A stretch of 64,000 nt of DNA from contig JANXBX010000006.1 of assembly GCA_025060595.1 (NCBI GenBank), positions 65,657-129,656 of the forward strand, read 5' to 3'. Origin of the DNA: Synergistota bacterium (GTDB taxonomy: Bacteria > Synergistota > GBS-1). Numbering within the stretch: position 1 is the stretch's first letter; every line of letters begins with the position of its first letter. This document shows positions 57,495 through 64,000 of the stretch, one piece after another. The position numbers and the translations under genes were made by a program. The notes beneath the pieces are model-generated. The model saw only the letters and a program-made list of their open reading frames with translations. It ran no database searches and was not told where the DNA came from.

Positions 57495-57669
57495 TTCAAG
57501 CTCACCTCTGAATCAAAAGATTTATATAATTATAGCACTAAATAATATAATACGGTAGCGGATTCTCGCAAAGAAAGACCATCAAATTAGCTTTTAGTTC
57601 TATAATCAAAGGGATCTTTAATCGCACTCCTGATATAGATGTGACCATTCCTAAGCTTTATAAATATAA

Positions 57670-57702
57670 AAGGGCTCTCAAGCTTAAAACTTGAGAGCCC
57701 TT
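57670..57702 (-). terminator. Intrinsic terminator of the GntP operon
   Basis: AAGGGCTCTCAAG / CTTGAGAGCCCTT followed by U-rich sequence on the minus strand. Confidence 0.75.
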
Positions 57703-57727
57703 CGAAATCAAAGATTAATAGCTGTAC

Positions 57728-58135
57728 TTAATCCTCCTCAAAGATCTCATAAGGGCACGATGTAGGCCACTGAGGTAGCAAGCCAACAAACATTATTCCT
57801 GCTACAACCAAAAGCCTTAAATCCTCATCGCCTGTATTAAATACCCTGTGACATGTATTCTCTTTATTATAAACGGCATCACCAGCCTCGAAAGGAAACC
57901 TCTGTCCCTCTACCTCAACTTCCCCTTTACCTTGAAGAACGTAATATATTTCCTCACAATTATGACGATGAAGAGGGCTATGAGCACCTGGCGGAATCTC
58001 CACTATCCCAACTATTAGCGATTTTGTAGGAAATCCAGTCTCAGGATATATTACCTTCCAGTCCCTTACTCCCTTTTTCTTTTCCATGGGAGCTCCTCCT
58101 ATAAACTCGCTCTTTTTTATGACCACCTTATGCAA
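57728..58135 (-). CDS. Cupin-2 domain protein
   Basis: HRHNCEEIYYVLQGKG, H.VFN. Confidence 0.85.
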   Translation of the reverse strand: MHKVVIKKSEFIGGAPMEKKKGVRDWKVIYPETGFPTKSLIVGIVEIPPGAHSPLHRHNCEEIYYVLQGKGEVEVEGQRFPFEAGDAVYNKENTCHRVFNTGDEDLRLLVVAGIMFVGLLPQWPTSCPYEIFEED

Positions 58136-58167
58136 TGTTTGTACACCTCCTTATGTTCTTATCTCTA

Positions 58168-59502
58168 TTAAAATATAGCCATAAATACCAATATCATAAC
58201 AAGGGTTGTAACCGCATTAATAGCAGTGGCCAAAGTATAGGTCTTAAAACCACCTTTAGTAGTTAGCCCTGAGACCTTAGCAACAACCCAAAAACCGCTA
58301 TCGTTTATATGACATCCCAAAAGAGCTCCAGAACCAATAGCCAATGCTAGCCACAAGCCAGGTACATTGAGCTGAGATATCAAAGGAGCCATAAGATTGG
58401 CAGTGGTTATTATAGCAACAGTTCCTGAACCTTGAGCTATCTTTATAACAGAAGCTATTATCCATGCTAAAAACAGAATAGGTATCTGATAAACTTTCAT
58501 AGCTTCTGCTAAAACCTTTCCTATATTACTTCCACCTAAAACGGCCCCAAGAGATCCACCTGCGCCAGTTATAAGTAAAACTATTCCAGCGCTTGCAAGA
58601 GCCTTATCTACAGACTTAGATAAACTCTCTCTGTCCATGGTGGTATAACCCACATAGAGGGCACACATCGCACCTAAAAGCATAGCTATGTTCCTATCAC
58701 CTATGAAAAGAAGGAAGCTACCAAAAGGACCTGGTTCCTTTCCAGCTATAACCCTTACCAAAGAAGCTAAAAGAATCAAAACTATAGGTGTAACTATAGG
58801 AAGAAGAGAAAGAGCAAGAGAGGGAAGTTTACCCTTCGTTGTCTCTTCGTAAGAAACATCCTTAAAGAAAACATCTTCATCTTCAGAGGTATTCCAGAAA
58901 CCCTTAACCTGAGTTATAAACTTATAGATGTAGAGAGCCAAGAAAGCTCCAGGTGCTCCAACTAAAAAGCCTCCCAAGATCATCTTTCCTAAAGGAACCT
59001 TCAAGGTATCAGCCACAACCAAAGGCCCAGGGGTAGGTGGAATAAGCATATGAGCCGTTCCTAAACCGATGATAAGCGAAGATAAAAGAAGAGGCACGCT
59101 TCCACTAGTAACTTTAGCGATCCTTCTTGCTATAGGAGCTAAGATTATAAAGCCGACGTCAAAAAATACAGGCGTAGATACTATCAGCGAAGCGGAACAA
59201 AGCGCTTCAGGTGTCCTCTTAGGAGAGAAAACCCTCAGTAAGGATCTAACTATACTCTCAACAGCACCAGAGTCAGCCAAAAGCTGTCCTATAATCACAC
59301 CGAAACCTACAACTAAGCCTATTCCCGTCATTGTGGTACCAAATCCAGAAGCTATTGTAGAAGCGGTTTTTAAAGCACCTTGACCCGAAGCTATTCCAAA
59401 GTACAAAGCTCCCAAGATCAAACCAAAGACTGGAGACCATCTATAGCGTATTATAAGTATCAGAGCTATCGCTATAGCAACAACTAAATGAAACACAAGC
59501 AT
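58168..59502 (-). CDS. GntP family permease
   Basis: PVFFDVG, PPTPGP, ITGAGG, AQGSGTVA, HINDSGFW. Confidence 0.9.
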   Translation of the reverse strand: MLVFHLVVAIAIALILIIRYRWSPVFGLILGALYFGIASGQGALKTASTIASGFGTTMTGIGLVVGFGVIIGQLLADSGAVESIVRSLLRVFSPKRTPEALCSASLIVSTPVFFDVGFIILAPIARRIAKVTSGSVPLLLSSLIIGLGTAHMLIPPTPGPLVVADTLKVPLGKMILGGFLVGAPGAFLALYIYKFITQVKGFWNTSEDEDVFFKDVSYEETTKGKLPSLALSLLPIVTPIVLILLASLVRVIAGKEPGPFGSFLLFIGDRNIAMLLGAMCALYVGYTTMDRESLSKSVDKALASAGIVLLITGAGGSLGAVLGGSNIGKVLAEAMKVYQIPILFLAWIIASVIKIAQGSGTVAIITTANLMAPLISQLNVPGLWLALAIGSGALLGCHINDSGFWVVAKVSGLTTKGGFKTYTLATAINAVTTLVMILVFMAIF

Positions 59503-59521
59503 AAATTAACACCTCCTCCTA

Positions 59522-60640
59522 TTAAAATGCATATTTATTCAAGGCTTCTTCATTTACATCTATCCCTAAGCCTGGTCCATCAGGCGGGATAGCATAACCA
59601 TCAACTATCTCCAACGGGGTTCTCAGCACCTCCTCCCTTAAGGGTGTTAAAGAGACATCCCTTGGCACCTCTAAGCGGTTAGGAACTGCACAAGCAAAGT
59701 GAAGGGTAGCTGCAAAACCCACATCGCTACCATAAAAGTGAGGTGAATAAGGAAGCCCTCTTTCTTTCAGCAGATCGCATACCTTTCTCATTTCACCTAT
59801 ACTTCCCACTCTCGTTATATCAGGCATACCAATATCTATAGCTTTAAGGTCAAGGGCTTTCCTAAAGTCGCTAATACCGAAATAGTTTTCTCCAGCAGCA
59901 AGGGGGATGGTTAATCTTTCAGCTATTTCCGACATGGTTTTCAGGTCTTCACAGAGCGTAGGCTCTTCTATCCAGTCAGCTCCAGCTTCTTCCACCCTAA
60001 GCACCATTTCATAAGCCTCCTCGCTTTCCCAACCTTGATTAGCATCCACGTAAACCTTAACATCCTTACCAACGATAGATCTCGCCTTCTTTACAAGAAT
60101 AACATCCTCTTCTTTGTCAAAACCTACCCTTATCTTCAAAGCCTTAAAACCAAGTTTTAAACACATAGTTAAAGAGCTCTCCAAATCAGACATATCCATA
60201 CCTATCGCATAAAGTAGAACTTTATCCTTTTTCCCTCCGAGAAGCTTATAGAGAGGCTTATCCTCTACTTTACCCTTTATATCCCATAGCGCTATGTTAA
60301 TGGCACTTATAGCCTGGTATATACAACCGCGAGCCCCCCACTGAAGACCTAATCTATAAAGCCTTGACATAACTCTATGGGTTAATCCCTCCGGATCAAG
60401 AGGGTTTTCGCCAATCAAAAGAGGTTTAAGACCATACTCTATGGTAGCCTTTCTCTCATAAATCGCCCAAGAAGGAAAGTTAACGAAAGCCTCACCCCAA
60501 CCCGATATTCCTGCATCAGTCTCAACTTTAACCAACGCAAAGTTTCTATGAGTCAAAACACCCAATGAAAATTTAATAGGTTTAGGCAATTTACATTTAA
60601 GAGGAATGAATTTAACCTCAGTTATCCTCACATCTATCAC
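59522..60640 (-). CDS. Mandelate racemase / muconate-lactonizing (enolase superfamily) enzyme
   Basis: GWGE, ALWDIKGK, KIR, VDANQ, WIEEP, AGEN, PH, GPGLG. Confidence 0.88.
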   Translation of the reverse strand: MIDVRITEVKFIPLKCKLPKPIKFSLGVLTHRNFALVKVETDAGISGWGEAFVNFPSWAIYERKATIEYGLKPLLIGENPLDPEGLTHRVMSRLYRLGLQWGARGCIYQAISAINIALWDIKGKVEDKPLYKLLGGKKDKVLLYAIGMDMSDLESSLTMCLKLGFKALKIRVGFDKEEDVILVKKARSIVGKDVKVYVDANQGWESEEAYEMVLRVEEAGADWIEEPTLCEDLKTMSEIAERLTIPLAAGENYFGISDFRKALDLKAIDIGMPDITRVGSIGEMRKVCDLLKERGLPYSPHFYGSDVGFAATLHFACAVPNRLEVPRDVSLTPLREEVLRTPLEIVDGYAIPPDGPGLGIDVNEEALNKYAF

Positions 60641-60692
60641 CCCCTATAATAATATATAATATGTATGATATTTAGCAAAACAAAAAAACAAA

Positions 60693-61397
60693 CTACCTAT
60701 CCTCTATAAGTTTAAAAATCTCCTCAAAATGCTTTAGCATTGCTTCTTTTGCCTTCTCTTTATTTTTCGTCCTCAAGGCATTAACTATAACCCGATGAGT
60801 ATCAACAGACTCAGTCCAGCTTCTATCTTTCTCCTTAATACACTTTTCCTTAATATATCTCCATAAATGCTTTCTCATCAAGAACAAAAATCCCTCCAAC
60901 GTACTCTCAAGTATAGAGTTCTTAGTAAATTTAGCCAAATAACTATGAAAGAAATAATCAGCTTCTATAAAGGAATCAACATCACCTATCTTACCTGCCT
61001 CATTCATCTTATTCACGAAAGACTCAAGGGTCTTGATTTCGTCTTCAGAAATCCTCTCACATACAAGCTCTGCGATACCAGGCTCCAAAGCTTTCCTAGC
61101 CTCAATTATATCTATGGTATTTTCATCCTCTTGAAGTATCTCAAGAGCCCTACTAAAGGAGATGGGAAGATATCCTGTTACGTAAGTACCATCTCCCGCT
61201 TTCCTTTCTAAAACTCCAGCCATTTCTAAAGCAACTAAAGCCTCCCTTACCGCCGTTCTACTAACACCAATTCCTTCAGCTATGACCTGTTCTGGCGGTA
61301 TCTTATCACCTACCTTAAACTTTCCAGCTTGAATGTTGTTTATTATCTGTTTAGCTACATATACGGACTTCTTGTCCCTATCAAGCTTCTCAAACAG
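60693..61397 (-). CDS. FadR-subfamily GntR regulator (probable CTG start)
   Basis: Frame is open upstream of the listed ORF through the whole wHTH (GDKIPPE...GVSRTAVREAL) up to GGAGGTGA-agctct-CTG TTT GAG AAG. Confidence 0.8.
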   Translation of the reverse strand: MFEKLDRDKKSVYVAKQIINNIQAGKFKVGDKIPPEQVIAEGIGVSRTAVREALVALEMAGVLERKAGDGTYVTGYLPISFSRALEILQEDENTIDIIEARKALEPGIAELVCERISEDEIKTLESFVNKMNEAGKIGDVDSFIEADYFFHSYLAKFTKNSILESTLEGFLFLMRKHLWRYIKEKCIKEKDRSWTESVDTHRVIVNALRTKNKEKAKEAMLKHFEEIFKLIEDR

Positions 61398-61438
61398 AGA
61401 GCTTCACCTCCAACTATCCCTATTAATTCCCGTATACC

Positions 61439-62065
61439 CTAATACTTAACCCCCAAAGCCACAAATATACTCACGCTTGCATAATCACCCTTACAGCATG
61501 ACCGAGCACAGCAGCTTTCCCCAATACCTTCCACAAAAACGCCCTTAAGCCCAGCATCTAAAAACCACTTCTTTACTTCTTCCCTTTTAAACCCCATCCA
61601 GCGATCGTGATGCTCCTCTTTTAAAAAGGTAAAGTTATGTTCATCCAAGTCGGTTATTACAAGCTTTCCACCCGGTTTTAGCACACGGGCCATCTCTCTT
61701 ATAGCTTTAGCCGGATCTTCAACATGATGAAGGCACATGTTAGCAAAAATATAGTCAAAAGAGCTATCCAGAAAAGGTATGCTTTCAGCCCCGCCGATAA
61801 CATAAATCACTTTTTCAAAATTAGAAAACTTGCTCCTCATTTTCTCTAACATGGCTTTCGATTGATCCATAGCTACAACCTTTAATCCCTTGGTAACTAA
61901 TCCCTCTGTTATAAATCCTGTTCCAGCTCCAACATCGAGAGCTTCCTTACCCTCTTTAACATCTGCAAGAGCTATAGCCTTCTCTCTAACAGCCTCTGAA
62001 AAAAAGCTAGACCTCATTTGATCCCAATTAATAGCTACTCTGTCAAAATATTCCTTACTATCCAA
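61439..62065 (-). CDS. Class I SAM-dependent methyltransferase
   Basis: LDVGAGTG, LHHVEDP, RVLKPGG, EEHHDRWMGF, Cys-rich tail. Confidence 0.9.
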   Translation of the reverse strand: MDSKEYFDRVAINWDQMRSSFFSEAVREKAIALADVKEGKEALDVGAGTGFITEGLVTKGLKVVAMDQSKAMLEKMRSKFSNFEKVIYVIGGAESIPFLDSSFDYIFANMCLHHVEDPAKAIREMARVLKPGGKLVITDLDEHNFTFLKEEHHDRWMGFKREEVKKWFLDAGLKGVFVEGIGESCCARSCCKGDYASVSIFVALGVKY

Positions 62066-62084
62066 AAATATCCCCCCCTCACCC

Positions 62085-62136
62085 AGATTAAAATATGGGT
62101 TAGGCAGGTTAACCTGCCTAACCCATATTTTAATCT
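62085..62136. repeat. Perfect 52-bp palindrome
   Basis: AGATTAAAATATGGGTTAGGCAGGTT|AACCTGCCTAACCCATATTTTAATCT, no spacer, no mismatch. Confidence 0.95.
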
Positions 62137-62925
62137 AAACTTCTTTCTTTCGCCAGGTATAGGTCCCAAATATTACAAATAAGGTTTCAAGGAACAAAGC
62201 TAAGATCGTCACCCATGTCCAAATAGGAAGTCCCAATGCAGAGCGAGCATTCCAAGATCGAGGAGCATATTGTAAGTGTAGGCTTAAAGGTCATGAAAAG
62301 CGCCAAAGCTATCAGGATAAAAAGGGAGTATCTGCTTGCTCTTATAACCTGCTTTATAAAGACTGACTTAAGGTCAAATCTCTCCTCTCCACCTACCTGC
62401 AATGGAAAAGGCTAAATCTATAAAAAACTGCCCCGCCCCAGTTACACTAAGCAACGACCCAAATATTATAAAAACGATAATCACATTAGCAGAAACATCT
62501 AAAGCCGTCCCAAAAATCCCTTCAGTTCCATAATAAATTATGGTTGCGATCCTATTTAGGCTGTAACCCCTATGTCCGATAACAGCGGGTAGCCATTTGC
62601 CAATAAACACATATATTAAAAAGGCTATAGCTGTAACTGGCAACATCATACCAATGCTACGGCGTGCTCCTTCTATACTGACTAACACAGCGAAAATGGC
62701 TAAAACTATCTCCAAAGGCGTCCTCTGCCCAACCCCAATAAGGGTAATCTGCCTCCAAGCGACCATCAAGTAAATTCCTGAAAAAAGCGTCATGAAAACC
62801 AAAGCTAAATCAATAAAAACTGAGGTCTTATTCTTTTTACGACTTATTAAAAACATATATATAAAAACCCCAATCCAGTGGACCACCCTTTGATCCAAAG
62901 TGGATAAAGAACCAATAGCATTTGA
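62135..62925 (-). pseudogene. Truncated TRAP 4TM/12TM fused permease joined to the remnant of a small membrane-protein gene
   Basis: E..RR..G, GHRGYS..R, GTEGIFG, GAG.FFID.A...AGR.RG then a premature stop; no SD-linked start; a downstream frame ends WNARSALGLPIWTWV...WRKKEV*. Confidence 0.75.
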
Positions 62926-62934
62926 TAAAACGAA

Positions 62935-62966
62935 GGGTTCCTTCTTACATCCTCAAGAAGGAACCC
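62935..62966 (-). terminator. Stem-loop after the TAXI gene
   Basis: GGGTTCCTTCTT / AAGAAGGAACCC arms. Confidence 0.6.
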
Positions 62967-62976
62967 CTATAAATGC

Positions 62977-63927
62977 CTATTTTAAAACCCCTTTCTCCTT
63001 AAAGAATCTCTCAGCCCCAGGGTGAAGCGGAATAGGGACGTCTTTACCATTTTCCACATTCATAACCTTAGCTGATTCAATGGTCTTTATAAGGATATCC
63101 AAATTTTCATACACAGCCTTACATATCTTATAGGCTATTTCCTCTTCTAAATCATCTCTGCAAAAAACAGCAGTTGTAGCAGCAACAGTAACCACATCTT
63201 CGTTTAATCCAGAATAAGTGTTTTTAGGGATGATAAACTTTATAAAATAAGGAGAAGCTTTAGTAACGCGCTCTATCACATCATCCTCAAACCTTATCAT
63301 TACCCAATCTTTGCTTCTTGCCGCTAACTCTATAACAGCTTTCTGGGGTATAGCAGCCATAGCTAATAAAGCATCAGCATTACCATTTAGGAGAGCTTGA
63401 ACGCCTTGGGTGTAAGAAACATAAATAGGCTTTAAATCCTCAAGGGCCATGTTATATTGCTTCAATATCTCTTTAAATAGCACTATCTGGCCTCCACCCG
63501 CTGGTCCAAGAACTACCCTTTTACCCTTCAAATCCCTCACAGTTTTTATACCAGTGGTTTTAAGAGTTAAAACATGAACAACGCTTGGCTGAATCGTAAA
63601 TAGGCCTCTTAAGTTTTTATATGCTTCCTTGTAAGGTTCAAGTCCATGATATCCAGCATAAAGTATATTACCATTAGCCATACCAATTTGAACCTTGTTT
63701 TTGGCAACCAAGACAACATTTTCAACTGATCCACCCGTAACTTCAGCGGTTGCCTGGACTCCCTCAACATATTTATTAATTATGCTTGCAATAGCCCCTC
63801 CTAAGGGATAGAAGTAACCCCCTGTTCCTGCAGTTCCTATAGAAATGTGTTTAGTAGCAGCCAGAGCGACTACATTAAAACTCAGCAATGCAAAAGCTAT
63901 CAGAAACAAAATCACAAGCCTTTTCAT
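62977..63927 (-). CDS. TAXI family TRAP solute-binding protein
   Basis: Signal peptide, IGTAGTGGYFYPLGG, TGGSVEN, PLHPGA.RFFKE.G. Confidence 0.92.
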   Translation of the reverse strand: MKRLVILFLIAFALLSFNVVALAATKHISIGTAGTGGYFYPLGGAIASIINKYVEGVQATAEVTGGSVENVVLVAKNKVQIGMANGNILYAGYHGLEPYKEAYKNLRGLFTIQPSVVHVLTLKTTGIKTVRDLKGKRVVLGPAGGGQIVLFKEILKQYNMALEDLKPIYVSYTQGVQALLNGNADALLAMAAIPQKAVIELAARSKDWVMIRFEDDVIERVTKASPYFIKFIIPKNTYSGLNEDVVTVAATTAVFCRDDLEEEIAYKICKAVYENLDILIKTIESAKVMNVENGKDVPIPLHPGAERFFKEKGVLK

Positions 63928-64000
63928 CTAAATACCCCCTTTCTGCATTTTTTTAAATAATAAAATTTGTTAAAAAACATTAACAGTAAGCGATATGGTG

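Noticed and set aside
57540-57660. 36-codon minus-strand ORF (MVTSISGVRLKIPL...) in the intergenic gap
   Set aside because: Weak SD, no recognisable motif; may be a gene remnant but cannot be supported
1326-61211. Numerous 60-165 aa ORFs antisense to, or out of frame within, the called genes (e.g. 1636-2130, 10127-10624, 30866-31333, 35650-36117, 36095-36538)
   Set aside because: Shadow ORFs overlapping well-supported genes, with no motifs and no SD
1-64000. CRISPR arrays, tRNA/rRNA genes, transposases, integrases, defence systems
   Set aside because: None seen; intergenic gaps are short and are accounted for by promoters and hairpins

Overview
A 64-kb, gene-dense, moderately AT-rich chromosomal segment with sigma70-type promoters and GGAGG Shine-Dalgarno (SD) sites. 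It probably comes from an anaerobic, likely thermophilic, amino-acid/organic-acid fermenting bacterium; a GGC-x-x-G-TM C-terminal sorting signal hints at Synergistota (inference). I saw no rRNA, tRNA, CRISPR array or intact mobile element. Main content: (i) peptide/amide scavenging operons (AbgT + M20 amidohydrolase; racemase-DUF917-DUF1177-AroM-peptidase-OPT-peptidase; YfcC-D-aminoacylase-M20); (ii) three chemoreceptors, two with unusual C-terminal sensor domains, and an HD-GYP protein; (iii) a ~15-kb minus-strand catabolic cluster for an unknown substrate (AOR, MoaD, cupin, IolN-like hydrolase, nitroreductase, CoA-transferase, TTT transporter with an embedded ferredoxin, U32-like protein, Ldh2, GntR, Fe-S hydro-lyase, malic enzyme); (iv) a pseudopilin plus a clostripain-like protease with a CTERM anchor; (v) a LysW (amino-group carrier protein) operon with two LysX paralogs, preceded by an unannotated Lys-rich leader peptide and a full 1:2/2:3/3:4 attenuator; (vi) a GntP/enolase-superfamily/cupin operon whose GntR regulator appears to start at CTG; (vii) decayed radical-SAM and TRAP permease genes and a perfect 52-bp palindrome. 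Family assignments come from motif recognition, not database searches.
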